64,000 nucleotides of DNA from a virus. The DNA lies in IMG/VR virus record IMGVR_UViG_3300035190_001334, positions 1 to 64,000 of that record. One strand, written 5' to 3'. Position numbers and translations under genes: made by a program. Shown here in pieces: positions 32,939 through 44,081 of the stretch (position 1 is its first letter; every line of letters starts with the position of its first letter). Below the pieces are notes generated by a model. The model was not told the DNA's origin. It searched no databases and was given only the letters and a program-made list of their open reading frames with translations.

Positions 32939-35373
32939 CTAAAGTAATGCATCTATTGTATCCTGTAGGCTCAAAGAATCAAAACCAGCAGCCACGTACA
33001 TAGGCACTTTTACTGTTGGTTGCCAGTTAGGGTCAGGTTCAGTTTCAGCCATTAATGCGCCTAATGCCTGTGCAGTTTCAGGCGACATTACACCGCCAGC
33101 AACAAGGGTGGTGATGTTATCCTGAATAAATCCAATATCTCCATTTTGAAGGGCAGGAATCAAGCCTTGCCTGTAAGTTAAGCTCTCGCTAATAGGGTGC
33201 TTTTCAGCGTCAGGGATGAGCGTGAATGCTTCTCTGATATCAATTGGTTTAGGCACATCAAGTCTAGGTACTGTGTTTGCAACTTCCACTTCAGTTGCTA
33301 ACAGATAACTCCACAAATCATTGGGATTTGTGATGTTTAGGGCTTCAGATTGAGAAAGAATCCACTGTTGTTTGTTCATTTATATCACCGTAATTCCAAA
33401 ATAAGCGCCTTGATTTCGTTCTAGTAGTTGGCGGTCATTGCCAGATAAAACGGATGGGAAAAAAGTAATCTCTTGTACGAACAAATTCCCCCACTCTATC
33501 GCATTTGGAGAAACACCAACACGGAAAAAATCCCCTGTAGTATTGAGAGACCTAGCGTTTGACGCGAATTGAGTGCCATCTCGAAATAAGGTTACAGTTG
33601 TTGAATCAAAAGTAACACTTGCTACTTTTGCTGCAAGTGTAGGCGATTGGTTATCTGTCACATCTTGGTTAAACCCAGCAAAATAAGGGTTCCCAGAGGG
33701 GGAAGCTCTATTTTGCAATAGGAACCAATTGCCTACTCCTCCAGTAGAGCCTTGCCCACAAATTGAATTTGTCCCTAAAGTAGTTTCGGGCTTATAGACG
33801 ACATTCATAGTTCTAGGATTTGCGCCAATAGGAAGCCCAACAGAACCATTAACTAAGGATGTACTTGTCCCGTTGAATCTAATTGCTGGTCTGCCATTTA
33901 CAAGATTTACTACGCCACTTGTTACAATTTGAGGCTGAATCGCAGTGGTTGGTTGAGGTAAATTCCTCGAATTGCCTGATTGGTCGAGCCAAGTAGCAGC
34001 AAACCCATTCCCAACGCCAACAAAGTCAATCAAATCAGGTATATTTAAGTCCCCATTTGAGATAGAGCCAATCCCTCTCACTTCGTTATCGCTAGAGCGG
34101 CGAACAGTCATCAGCGACCCCAAATAATTAGAGTAGAAGCGGCGCACACTATACACCGCAGAGGCGCTTACGGATAATGAATCACCTATAAATTGAGAAC
34201 CACTATCTCTCAATAATCTTCTAGCAAACATCAGTACACCTCACAAGATGCTTTTGCTGTAAGTGTTTCAGAGTTGGCAGCAGGAGTAAAAGCTGCATTA
34301 CAGCGCAGGTAAAACCACAAGCTAGTAGCCTCTAGAGGAGTGATAAATTTGATGTTTTTGGCAACCGCAAATACTTTATCCCCAATCACAGTAATAGTAA
34401 GCGGATACCCATCGGCAGGTGCAGCTGCATTAGGGAGTGTAGCTGTGAGCAGTGAATTATCAGATACTGGAGAGCCTGCTACTTGAGTATCAGCTTCAGT
34501 TGTAAAAAAACGTACTGAAAGCGCCATATTTGTAGGGATAGCGGTGATATCAATAATCACTTGGAAATCATTGATAAACAATGATTGACCATTAGCACCC
34601 ACATTAGCAAATACACCTCTACCACCATAACTATCCCCTATTGAGTATTGTGCAAGACCAGAGGTGCGAGTGATTAGGGCTGATGTTAGTTCTTTTACTT
34701 TTGGGGTAAAAGGGGTAAGTGCTGATAGTTGTGCAGCAGGGAGGACTACAGGTACTGAACTAGCGACTAAGGCTTGTCCTAGGGCTGGTGTCTTACTATC
34801 TATAGAAGTAAGAGAAGCATTTCCAGTTGTTTGATTCGCTGCTGTAGATACACCCGCAACGCTTACTTGTGAAGTATTTGCCGCCGCTCTTAAAGCTACT
34901 GTAGCTGTACCTGTGACGGCTGCAAGAGCGCTCAATCTAAATTTTGCGTGTCCTATAACTTCAATCTGCCAAATCCCCACAGACGCGCTTGGAATAGTAG
35001 CACTATTCGCACCTGTGACCATATTTTTAAATACGGCATTCGTAGGAGTAACCCAATTAGTCCCATCGGTGGTGATTTGTGCTGATAGAGCGCCTGTATA
35101 AGTTCCAGTTACTTGAATCGTAACTGTACCTTTGCTATCAAGGTCTATAGATACAGTGGAGCCAGCCGTTGCAGCACCAGTGGGAACTAGATTTTGAGTG
35201 GTAATTGTACCTGTTGCAGTTGTATCAGCAACACCACCAGAACCTATACCTAGCAGACTATTTAACGTATCTAGCCTATCTATTTGACTTTGCTCAAGCT
35301 TAGCCCCACGCTCAGAATCTAAATACGACTCTAGCCCAGCTTTCTCTGCGGTTAATTTATCTGTGAGCGACAT
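32939..35373 (-). CDS. Three tail-associated genes (32939-33379; 33380-34231 LamG/ArabFuran-B-like; 34231-35373)
   Basis: AVYSVRR..Y.G..VRRSSDN, WLDQSGN, PAIRFNG; Thr/Ala-rich fibre-like protein. Confidence 0.65.
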
Positions 35374-35422
35374 CCGCTTACCAATTTATTAATTTTCTAC
35401 TTCTATTGTATACTATTAAAAT

Positions 35423-36280
35423 ATGACAGTAAAAATTGGATATTCCATCAGCGATGTTTCAGCAATCAAAGCTCTTCCGACAGCTTTGCTTCTAAATGGC
35501 TATGCACGTTTATGTAGGTCAGTCAATGCGTGGTTTAGCTATAATTCCGCCTCTACGGCTACTGCTGATGATGTGTCGATATTATTACCAGCTTCAGGTA
35601 TCGGTAGATGGTTTAAGCTAAAAGCTGACGTAGCTGCGACTGATGTACTTAATTTTAGCGAAGCAGTAGATGACCGAGTTGCTTCGCTTATACAAAATAG
35701 CTCGACAATTAGTGCTAGTTATAATGACACTGCTAATACACTTACTTTTTCTGTGGTAAACGCAAGTATTGGTGATACGCAGGTTAGTAGTCTCAGCCAG
35801 TCAAAAATAACAAATTTAACGAGCGACCTAGCAAGTAAACTTTCAGCAAATCAAAATATTACTGTGTCTGGGGATGCAACTGGAAGTGGGGCAACAAGCA
35901 TTACTCTAACACTTGGAAATTCGGGTGTGACCGCAGGAAGCTATACAAATGCAAATATCACTGTGGATGCTAAAGGAAGAGTGACAAGTGCCGCTAATGG
36001 CACTGAATCAATTCAAGATGAGATAGCTAATACTTTAGTTGCTGGTACAAATATTTCTTTAAACTACAATGACACCGCAGGTACTTTGACTATTAATTCT
36101 ACTGCTGGAAGTTCTGGCACTAACGTAGAAATTAGAGATGGGGGTATAACATTGACTTCTGCGGCGACAAGTCTTAATTTTGTGGGTAATGGTGTAGTAG
36201 TCTCAAATACTGGAAGCGATGTGACTGTTACAATAGAAGGTAACAAAGCAGGACTTTATGAATTTTTTAATTTAATTTAA
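35423..36280 (+). CDS. Tail fibre protein
   Basis: GRWF module, EAVDDRVA, SGVTAGSYTNANITVDAKGRVTSAANG, YND.A.TLT repeats. Confidence 0.75.
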   Translation: MTVKIGYSISDVSAIKALPTALLLNGYARLCRSVNAWFSYNSASTATADDVSILLPASGIGRWFKLKADVAATDVLNFSEAVDDRVASLIQNSSTISASYNDTANTLTFSVVNASIGDTQVSSLSQSKITNLTSDLASKLSANQNITVSGDATGSGATSITLTLGNSGVTAGSYTNANITVDAKGRVTSAANGTESIQDEIANTLVAGTNISLNYNDTAGTLTINSTAGSSGTNVEIRDGGITLTSAATSLNFVGNGVVVSNTGSDVTVTIEGNKAGLYEFFNLI

Positions 36281-36284
36281 TTTT

Positions 36285-37459
36285 ATGGCAGCATCACCAG
36301 CATATACAGCTACACCAAGAACAGAAAGAGCCGAAATATCTATTGCTAATACTAATCGCGATGGTACAGGTACTATTGTCAATCTTTTTACTGCTGGAAC
36401 TGGCGGTAGTAGACTAGAAAGAATTACAATTTGTGCTACGGGAACAACTACGGATGGAATAATCCGTTTGTATCTATATGACGGAACAAATACAGATTTA
36501 TGGAAAGAATTACCAGTTACCGCAGTAACTCCAAGTGGAACTGTTTTGGCATACACTATCCAACTAGTATCTTTGGCTTTTATACTTAGTAATGGAAAGA
36601 GTATAAAAGTATCTACGCAAAATGCCGAAAATTTTCGAGTTATTGCTGAAGGAGGTGATTTTTAATGAATTTTGGTACTTTTGGTATACCTGTAGGATTG
36701 GGACTTAACTCTGGCTTGTTTAGTTTGCCTACCTATAAAAATTTATGGACTCCAACTTATATTACAACTCAATTATGGCTAGACTCTGCTGCACTAGAAA
36801 CAATCACTATTAGCTCTGGAATTGTAAACCAATGGAAGGATAAATCTGGGAATAATCACACTTTTTCTAATGGGGATTCTTCTGCTTGTCCATCTTATGT
36901 AGCTAATTCCTTAAATAATTTACCAGCGTTAATGTTTGATGGAGTTAATGATACCTTGAGTACTAGTATTATTAATACTCAATCGACTAATACAAGTACT
37001 TTTGTAGTGTCGAAACCTTCTTCAATTAATGTAAAAGGACACACTTTTAAAAATGGGGATTCTGACGGCTATGCAATAGGCTATGGTAGTAGTACATCAG
37101 ATAATAATGGGAATAGTTTTATTTATTTGAGAGAAGCAATACAATGGCATCCCTCTTTGTCCTATGGTGGTACTGCATCAAACATAGTCTCTTCTATATT
37201 GGGAGATAGTACTATTGTTAATTACTTAAATGGTAATAATATACAAACAATAGCAGGTAGCCCTTTAGCTCCTTCAGGAAATACTTATATTGGTGGTTCA
37301 CGACATTTTAGCGGGAATGTATTTGAGGTAATATTTTGTTCTTCAGTTCTTACAAATATAGACCGCCAAAAAGTAGAAGGATACCTAGCCCATAAATGGG
37401 GATTAACAGCTAGCTTACCAAATACTCATCTTTACAAATCTTTACCACCCCTTTTATAA
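36285..37459 (+). CDS. Small virion protein (36285-36665) and LamG-like receptor-binding protein (36665-37459)
   Basis: ANTNRDGTGT; LWLDSA, WKDKSGN, FDGVND, RQKVEGYLAHKWGL. Confidence 0.7.
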
Positions 37460-40158
37460 TGACCTTAATTAAACCGTCTACGACATACTACTATCGCACT
37501 AAAGCTGTCAATCTTGATGGTGAATCTGCATATTCAAATATAGTCTCCGTGACTACTCCAGTTTCATCAATTGGCGTAAATATTACACCTCCATCTCCGT
37601 CAGCACCGATAATCATCGCTTCAGAAAAAAATAGTAATTCTATCAAAGTCGAGATACAAAAAAATCTACCAAACGAATACATAAAAGAGCTAAAACTTGA
37701 TGTATCGTTAAACGCCGACTTCAGCGCACCCCTTTATTCTGGACTGACATTTTTACTCCCAGATAACGTAGTTGGGACAGAAAAAGAAACTCTAGCACTC
37801 ACTATTGGCGGCTTGGCGGCAAATACACTCTACTACTACCGATTACGTTTCTCAAATGCAACTGGACTATCTGCGTGGACTTCTACTTCGCTTTCAACAA
37901 CCACGAACTTCCCTATTCCAGACGCTTTAGGCACAACGAACCTCACTGCTATTGCCGCCCGACTTAATTGGGGCAAAGTAACTGGCGCGACCACCTATTT
38001 TGTAGATTTGGCGACCAATTCTAGTTTTACATCCTTAATTCTTGATAATGTCAATGTAGGAGATGTAAGTTTTCGAGATGTAGGGTCGCTTACTGCTGAA
38101 AACCAATACTACTATCGGGTAAGAGCTTCAAATGGAACTATAACCTCAGCCAATAGTAATATAGTAACTTTTACAACACTTAGGGATGTAGAAACTTATA
38201 ATGAGCAGTTTCAAAATCTTGCCACACCGACAATTAGCAATATTACTGATATATATTTAACTTCTTTTTCTACCTCTTGGAACGCAGTGGATTTGGCGGA
38301 TAGCTATAGTGTTCAAGTATCGGCAGCTTCAGATTTTAGCTCGATTGCTCAAACTATTGCAACCAAGAATACGTCGGTCATCTTTACGGGACTAACTGCG
38401 GCAACTGTCTACTATGTGCGAGTACGGGCAATTTCTGTATGGCAAACGACTGCATATTCCGCTACACAAGTTGTAACTACTCTTTCACTTAATACTTCTC
38501 TCAATCCCCCTCAACTGCTCACACCGACAACAATCACTTCTCGTAGTATCTTATTTCAATGGGTTCTACGCAGTTATGCAACTCGATATTTGTTTGAGTT
38601 AAGTACTTCATCCGTATTTGCTTCGGTTGCTTATTCTACTATCGTAGGGAATGTCGGGTCTTTGTTGTTGGATGAAGGCATTAGCCCTGCAACAATCTAT
38701 TATTCACGTATTAGGGCGCTCAATTCTAGTCAGTCCTCAGATTACTCCAATGCAGTTACTACAACAACTTCAGCAGCCCTTACAAGCATCACTGGAATCA
38801 CTACAACTAGCATTACCGATACTTCGGCAGTTATTGGGTGGACTTTGAATGGCAGCTACACCAATTATTTGCTGTCAGTATGGAAAACAGAGTCAAATGC
38901 TTACTTAGGGGTCAACTTCTACCGCAACAAGAGCCTCGGCAACACCAACACACATACAATTGACCTATTCTTAGAGCCAAGTAGCAACTACAACTACACA
39001 ATCACTGGAAAAACAGCATCTGGCGACACAAAAACAACTGCGATACAGACATTTTCGACAAAAGCCGCCGCCCCAATACTGCAACTAGCCAAAAACCTCC
39101 TAACTTGGACATACAATCTCAACAATCTTGAAGTTAGCACTGATTCTGACTTCAAGTTCTTGCTTAGGGGGTATCCAAGAACGGTTACGGACAATGGCAG
39201 CTTCAATATAGAGAATTTGCTCGATTCCAACAACAATTACTATATTCGCGGCAACTTTAACGGCGGCATTTACTCCAATGTGGTCAGTACATCAGCTTTG
39301 GCGGTCTACAAGGGCATCGTTGGCAAAACTTCCTTTTCTGCCATCTGGAAGCGCAGTGCTGGAGCTACTTCATACAGTGTCCAACTAAAAGTGCTAGATA
39401 CTGGCAACTATGTGCCTGTAAGTGGCTTCACGTTCCCTAAGAATGTAGGCGACGTTAATAGCTACACATTTGAATCTCTTTCTGCTGACACACAATATCA
39501 GGTAATTGTATATGACTCCAATTCAAACGTTTCTACTCCATACCTATTCAAAACTAATTTGTTTAGTGATACAGAAGAACCTAGTACTGCATCTCTTACG
39601 GTTCCTACAGTAACTCTTAGTGGAAGTGCTGATTTTGACCGAGCAAACGTAGTATTAACTGGCTATTCTAAGTATCTAGTCAATTTGGCGCGAGATAGTG
39701 CATTCACACTCGACAATACCTATTTTGAGAGCAGTTCCAATAATATCGAGCTTTTACTCAAACCTAATCGTACATATTATTTACGCGCCTATGGTTACAA
39801 CGGTACTAATCGCACAGCTTCACCATCAACTACACTTACTATCAATACACCAGCAGAGCCATACACAGCGTTAGCCATCTCTTCTGCACCAAGTATTACT
39901 AACGTCAATATACTTGATGAATCACAGGTTGAAATTAAGTTCGCTCAAGTAAGTAATGCTACCGATTATAAGTTGGAGATTAGTCGTGCAAGTACTTTCA
40001 CAATTCTCGAAGAGCTTAGTGTTACTAGGTCTGCTGATAACAAATTCTTAATCTTCGGATTGAGTGGAACGACTGTATATTATGCTAGGTTGTATGCTTT
40101 CAATAGCACCAAAATCAGCGCTTACTCTGGAACCACAATAATCGATACTACCCCATAA
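37459..40158 (+). CDS. Fibronectin type III repeat virion protein
   Basis: Repeated L...T.YYYR(V/L)RA.N...S..S motifs. Confidence 0.85.
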   Translation: MTLIKPSTTYYYRTKAVNLDGESAYSNIVSVTTPVSSIGVNITPPSPSAPIIIASEKNSNSIKVEIQKNLPNEYIKELKLDVSLNADFSAPLYSGLTFLLPDNVVGTEKETLALTIGGLAANTLYYYRLRFSNATGLSAWTSTSLSTTTNFPIPDALGTTNLTAIAARLNWGKVTGATTYFVDLATNSSFTSLILDNVNVGDVSFRDVGSLTAENQYYYRVRASNGTITSANSNIVTFTTLRDVETYNEQFQNLATPTISNITDIYLTSFSTSWNAVDLADSYSVQVSAASDFSSIAQTIATKNTSVIFTGLTAATVYYVRVRAISVWQTTAYSATQVVTTLSLNTSLNPPQLLTPTTITSRSILFQWVLRSYATRYLFELSTSSVFASVAYSTIVGNVGSLLLDEGISPATIYYSRIRALNSSQSSDYSNAVTTTTSAALTSITGITTTSITDTSAVIGWTLNGSYTNYLLSVWKTESNAYLGVNFYRNKSLGNTNTHTIDLFLEPSSNYNYTITGKTASGDTKTTAIQTFSTKAAAPILQLAKNLLTWTYNLNNLEVSTDSDFKFLLRGYPRTVTDNGSFNIENLLDSNNNYYIRGNFNGGIYSNVVSTSALAVYKGIVGKTSFSAIWKRSAGATSYSVQLKVLDTGNYVPVSGFTFPKNVGDVNSYTFESLSADTQYQVIVYDSNSNVSTPYLFKTNLFSDTEEPSTASLTVPTVTLSGSADFDRANVVLTGYSKYLVNLARDSAFTLDNTYFESSSNNIELLLKPNRTYYLRAYGYNGTNRTASPSTTLTINTPAEPYTALAISSAPSITNVNILDESQVEIKFAQVSNATDYKLEISRASTFTILEELSVTRSADNKFLIFGLSGTTVYYARLYAFNSTKISAYSGTTIIDTTP

Positions 40159-40162
40159 AAAT

Positions 40163-40330
40163 ATGATGAAACACTTCACTCATTTCGCTAAGGCTCATTC
40201 GTCGGGCGCTAACTTTGCAAATATTTATCAAACAGGGCTACAAAATTTGATTAGTCCTGTTGTAGAAAAAGAAACTAAAAAATACGTCAGAAAAAAGAAA
40301 GAGCAAGCAGAGGCAGAAAAGGAGGGTTAG
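40163..40330 (+). CDS. 55-aa ANF-motif microprotein (not in track)
   Basis: MMKHFTHFAKAHSSGANFANIYQTGLQNLISPVVEKETKKYVRKKKEQAEAEKEG; fills the gap between the FN3 gene and portal. Confidence 0.55.
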   Translation: MMKHFTHFAKAHSSGANFANIYQTGLQNLISPVVEKETKKYVRKKKEQAEAEKEG

Positions 40331-41859
40331 GCTTGCGGCGCTCCATCTTGAGGAGGATATTGCTCAGCTTGTCCTTCAATTGGGGCTGGAGGAGCCTGAA
40401 GTTGATTAATTTGCGCCTGTAGAGCCAATACTTCACTTTGTTTTTGCAACTCTTTTTGTATCTCAGCTTTGAGTGCATCTTCTTGTTTCTTGGCTTTCTC
40501 ATCTTCATCGAGTGAAGGTAATCCAAGGTTCTTACGGATAAGGCTAAGTACCTCAACGTCATCGGCAGGAATGATGCCAGATGCAATGAGCGAGGTAATG
40601 GTGCTGAGACGACCATTAACTGTTGCTTGGTCTTCTTCGACATCGAATACAAACTCGCCCCAATCTTCGCTGAACCAACTTGAAGGGAAGTTGTCGTGCA
40701 ATAAACCACGAATCATTTTGTGGATAATTTCGTGCTTGAGTGTGGTAGTTAGTGCGAAGATGGTTGAGTCAAAGGTCATCTTGAAATTTTGACCAAAGCC
40801 GTTATTACCTAGATTTGTCGTTCCTGAGCCGCTATTAACGTCAAAGATGCCTGAAGGTATGGCGAAACTGGATTGAATGCCTCTGTCGATGTATTCTAGC
40901 GCTTTGAAATGGTTTTCGCTAGTGTTTTGTATTTGGATGCGAGTAAGTTCAACGTCGCTATCCGTAACAATGAATCCTCGCTTTTGGATATCTTTTAGTT
41001 GGTGCGAAAGAGCAGCTTGTTTTGTTAGTTGGAGTGGCTTGCCCTTGTTGTCTTTTTTGACGTTACCTTTGGTGTCAACCATTGTGGTCGTACCGTTGTT
41101 GGGTGTTTTTGCCCAGAGTAGACCTTCGCTATCGTTTTTGATGCGAAGTGCTAAGTGGGTGAGTACTACTTTTTTTAATTTGTAATATGAATTTGCCGCA
41201 AACCCGTCCCCCACACCCCATACGGCGGTTTTGTCAAAGGCTGCTCCGCTTGTGTTTGTGATGTGTAAGAGCTTCTGATATGGAATTTTTACTTGCTTCC
41301 CATTTCCATTATCGTACAAAACCCACTCAATCTTCCCAGAACTTTTAGATGACTTTCCAAAAGATATGATTTGCTCAGGATTTAAAACGTGGATGTTGCC
41401 GATTCTCCACTGACCACGATAACCTCTGATTTTAGCTGACTTAGTGAACTCAGCAAGAGCTATTCCATAGAGGATTACTGAGCTAAACATCTGGAATATG
41501 ATTTTTTTAAAGCTTTTTGGTAAAGTTTTTAGGTTGGAATTTATAAAAACTTCTATTTCTTTCTTGCTATGTTTATATTCGCCAAATGAGCTTGTACATC
41601 TTAACGCTTTGAAACTTAAGCACTGTTTGGCTACGGGGTCGCGATTACCTAGCTCACTTAACTGTTTTATGCTAGGGCGCTCGTTTTCATTGGGGTGCGC
41701 TATTTCAGCATGAGCATCTGCCGTCAATGACTGAATTTCTACGCTATACATTCCTTGTACGCCAGCATTCATAGGGACTGGAGTGTTGGCGAATAAAAGC
41801 TCGTCGTCTAGCTCTGCTAAATTAAGTGATAGTTGTGTGGCTTCTGCTTCGAGAGGCAT
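40327..41859 (-). CDS. Portal protein
   Basis: RDPVAKQCL, ILYGIALAE, KIPYQKLLH, WGVG, IR.LL.DNF..WGEF, IRKNLGLP; size fits phage portals. Confidence 0.75.
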   Translation of the reverse strand: MPLEAEATQLSLNLAELDDELLFANTPVPMNAGVQGMYSVEIQSLTADAHAEIAHPNENERPSIKQLSELGNRDPVAKQCLSFKALRCTSSFGEYKHSKKEIEVFINSNLKTLPKSFKKIIFQMFSSVILYGIALAEFTKSAKIRGYRGQWRIGNIHVLNPEQIISFGKSSKSSGKIEWVLYDNGNGKQVKIPYQKLLHITNTSGAAFDKTAVWGVGDGFAANSYYKLKKVVLTHLALRIKNDSEGLLWAKTPNNGTTTMVDTKGNVKKDNKGKPLQLTKQAALSHQLKDIQKRGFIVTDSDVELTRIQIQNTSENHFKALEYIDRGIQSSFAIPSGIFDVNSGSGTTNLGNNGFGQNFKMTFDSTIFALTTTLKHEIIHKMIRGLLHDNFPSSWFSEDWGEFVFDVEEDQATVNGRLSTITSLIASGIIPADDVEVLSLIRKNLGLPSLDEDEKAKKQEDALKAEIQKELQKQSEVLALQAQINQLQAPPAPIEGQAEQYPPQDGAPQA

Positions 41860-41886
41860 TTTAAAGTGGTATATGAAAGTATTAGT

Positions 41887-42552
41887 CTATTCTAGCGCAT
41901 TATAAGCATAGGCTAATTTCTCTTCGTCAGTGGCATTGCGCCAGCCCTCCCATTTAGGTTTTGTATTCCTTATTCTGCGATACAAAGTATTAAGCAATAC
42001 TTGTTCCGCTTCGGCTGCAATTTTTCTTGTTGGGTAGTATTTCCCGTTTATCATAACTGGCAAAGTTCTCCAGTGGTTCTCCCCACTAATTTTCTCTAGA
42101 GTTTCTTTAGATTTAAGCTTGCCGAGTTTTGCTATATGCTCTGGACTAAGTTTTCTACCCTTTTTCGCCTTGCTTAGCTTCTTCTTGTGTTCCTCGGTGA
42201 ATTTCTTACCCTTTTTCACAGCACTAAGTTTAGCCCTCATTTCTGGGGTTTGAATGCCCCCACCATAACCTCCAAGACAGATATTATAGGTATCGGGACG
42301 CTCTATAAATTCCTGAGTGACCATTTCAGCTTCAGCCAAATAAGCACCCTCAGCACAGGAAAATTCTGCAAGAGTAATCCTGCTAAAATTAGCTCTTCCA
42401 TATTTTTCAATAGCTGGTTTTAAGGCATAGCCACTGCCAAGATAGCGTTTGGAGTCAAAGGTATCGGTCAGTCTATGTACCCCAACATAAATCCTGCCAT
42501 TGCAAACGTTCGTAGTTTGATATAAAATCCAAGTCTCTTTATCTGTTTCCAT
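41887..42552 (-). CDS. GIY-YIG homing endonuclease with NUMOD3 repeats (cassette 1)
   Basis: ILYQTTN..NGRIYVGVH, YLGSG, KYGRANF, YNI..GG, TEEHKKKLS. Confidence 0.9.
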   Translation of the reverse strand: METDKETWILYQTTNVCNGRIYVGVHRLTDTFDSKRYLGSGYALKPAIEKYGRANFSRITLAEFSCAEGAYLAEAEMVTQEFIERPDTYNICLGGYGGGIQTPEMRAKLSAVKKGKKFTEEHKKKLSKAKKGRKLSPEHIAKLGKLKSKETLEKISGENHWRTLPVMINGKYYPTRKIAAEAEQVLLNTLYRRIRNTKPKWEGWRNATDEEKLAYAYNALE

Positions 42553-42574
42553 TGCAAATATACCTTACCTGAGT

Positions 42575-42593
42575 TATAATAATAAGTATAACA
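42575..42593. promoter_or_regulatory. Bidirectional promoter/operator of cassette 1
   Basis: Reverse complement of TGTTATACTTATTATTATA; 18/19 identical to 53852-53870. Confidence 0.7.
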
Positions 42594-42608
42594 CACTGTG
42601 AGTACAAA

Positions 42609-42752
42609 ATGCGTCCTGATAAAAGTAAAAGATTGAATGTGAAATTGTCCGTAAAAAGACACGAAAAATTAGTAAAGTATGCCGAGTCTCAAGATAAAGA
42701 TATGACCTCTGTTATTGAGTGTTTTATTGATTCTCTTCCCAACATAGAATAA
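42609..42752 (+). CDS. Ribbon-helix-helix microprotein (cassette 1; not in track)
   Basis: MRPDKSKRLNVKLSVKRHEKLVKYAESQDKDMTSVIECFIDSLPNIE. Confidence 0.75.
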   Translation: MRPDKSKRLNVKLSVKRHEKLVKYAESQDKDMTSVIECFIDSLPNIE

Positions 42753-42755
42753 ACG

Positions 42756-43502
42756 ATGCCAGATTTCACCTTCCCTAAAATCTCAGGTTACGAGTTCCTT
42801 GCGCCCCGCAACCAAGTGAGCTTCCCCTTTCAAACAATCTTTGCTGCTGATGACTTTGCCTTACACGATAGCTTAAACGGTTCGTATGATAAACATTTCC
42901 CCCTTTATACCCTTACCAACATAAAAAATGCAGGTAGCGACTGGCGACCCAGCATCAACCTTATCAGCGCCACAGGAACTGAAAAAAAACTAACAGGCGC
43001 ACTCACACCAATAATCTACAAAGACAAAATCAACAGGCGAGAATATGGTCGCAAAGAACAGGTGCATCCCCAACTTGGCAACAGTAAACTAGTCTTGAAC
43101 CGCATATACTACCGAGAATTTCTGATACCTAAATTTGACCCTCGATATTCCTTAATTATCGATAAAAAGTTCATCACCAACACAATTCAAAGACCAGCAG
43201 AGCAAGCTATAGACATCGGTAAAGCCACTTCTAGCGTCCTAGAGGCGTTTCCAAGAGGTAGTCTCGTCAAATACTCCAACTATTACTGGAGATGCCTTAA
43301 AGCCACTAAAGCCTACCCTACAGCTACCGATTCTGACTGGCAGCAACTTCCTGAACGACAATCCATTTTCACTGCTGACATTTACTCAATTTTTGGCAGT
43401 GATGTGCAATATTTGCAAACTTACAGCGAAGACCGTAATTTTCGACCTGAACAACAAGATACCTCTCTGGTTACATATAATGTTTCGTGCTTTTATGGTT
43501 AG
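42756..43502 (+). CDS. Putative virion protein with a short CBM5/12-like motif
   Basis: FPRGSLVKYSNYYWRCLKA...P.....WQQL. Confidence 0.5.
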   Translation: MPDFTFPKISGYEFLAPRNQVSFPFQTIFAADDFALHDSLNGSYDKHFPLYTLTNIKNAGSDWRPSINLISATGTEKKLTGALTPIIYKDKINRREYGRKEQVHPQLGNSKLVLNRIYYREFLIPKFDPRYSLIIDKKFITNTIQRPAEQAIDIGKATSSVLEAFPRGSLVKYSNYYWRCLKATKAYPTATDSDWQQLPERQSIFTADIYSIFGSDVQYLQTYSEDRNFRPEQQDTSLVTYNVSCFYG

Positions 43503-43510
43503 ATAGAGAT

Positions 43511-43662
43511 ATGATTACAATAATTTTGATTGTGTTAGCAGTGCTTGGCGCTGGAGTTAGGATTTACTTCTACAAAGAAATTTTAGATTTAATTGAGAAA
43601 AATAAATGATTACTTGGATTTTGGCTGTTTGGCAACTTATGAAGTTTGTTCCTTGGAGATAA
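43511..43662 (+). CDS. Two hydrophobic micropeptides (43511-43609, 43606-43662)
   Basis: MITIILIVLAVLGAG...; MITWILAVW...; ATGA coupled. Confidence 0.45.
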
Positions 43663-43715
43663 TATACTTCTTAAGATAGATATACATAAGTGTATATTGT
43701 GCTATATTGAAAATA

Positions 43716-43793
43716 AGCAGAGATTAAGCTATGATGCGCTTCTGAGTCTCATAAACTTTTGCATATTGGGTTTGAATCCCAACTCTGCTACCA
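43716..43793 (+). tRNA. tRNA-Met/Ile2 (CAT), atypical
   Basis: AGCAGAG/CTCTGCT-A-CCA; CT-CAT-AA loop; weak D and anticodon stems; TTTGAAT T-loop. Confidence 0.65.
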
Positions 43794-43796
43794 AAA

Positions 43797-43868
43797 CCGA
43801 AAGTAATTCATTGGTAGAAGTGCCGCCTTGGACGCGGAGAGTAGTTAGTTCGATTCTAACCTTTCGGA
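43797..43868 (+). tRNA. tRNA-Pro (TGG)
   Basis: CCGAAAG/CTTTCGG; CT-TGG-AC loop; GTTAG-TTCGATT-CTAAC. Confidence 0.85.
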
Positions 43869-43870
43869 TT

Positions 43871-43953
43871 GGCTTGATTGCCAAAACAAAACACCCTTCC
43901 GAGTGTCTCGGATTGCTTAGTGAAAGTGGCAGCTTCAACGCTGCATCAAGCCT
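43871..43953 (+). ncRNA. tRNA-like RNA or pseudo-tRNA
   Basis: GGCTTGAT/ATCAAGCC stem, GCAGC-TTCAAC-GCTGC arm, TCCGAG/CTCGGA arm, no D-stem. Confidence 0.5.
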
Positions 43954-44005
43954 AATATTGGTTTGGTTCCCACAGGTGGTCATGGAAACTAATATTGGTG
44001 TTCAT

Positions 44006-44078
44006 GCGGCTTTAACTCAGAGGCAGAGTGCTTCGCTTCCAACGAAGAAGTCGGTGATTTCAAAATTCCCAAGCCGCT
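44006..44078 (+). tRNA. tRNA-Gly (TCC)
   Basis: GCGGCTT/AAGCCGC; CTTCG-CTTCCAA-CGAAG; imperfect T arm. Confidence 0.8.
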
Positions 44079-44081
44079 TAA

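Noticed and set aside
33380-37459. Diversity-generating retroelement acting on LamG genes
   Set aside because: No reverse transcriptase and no near-identical TR/VR pair seen in the window.
41873-41905. Mini-ORF MKVLVYSSAL as a stranded 5' end for cassette 1
   Set aside because: No similarity to the start of 42756 (MPDFTFPK); cassette 1 looks intergenic.
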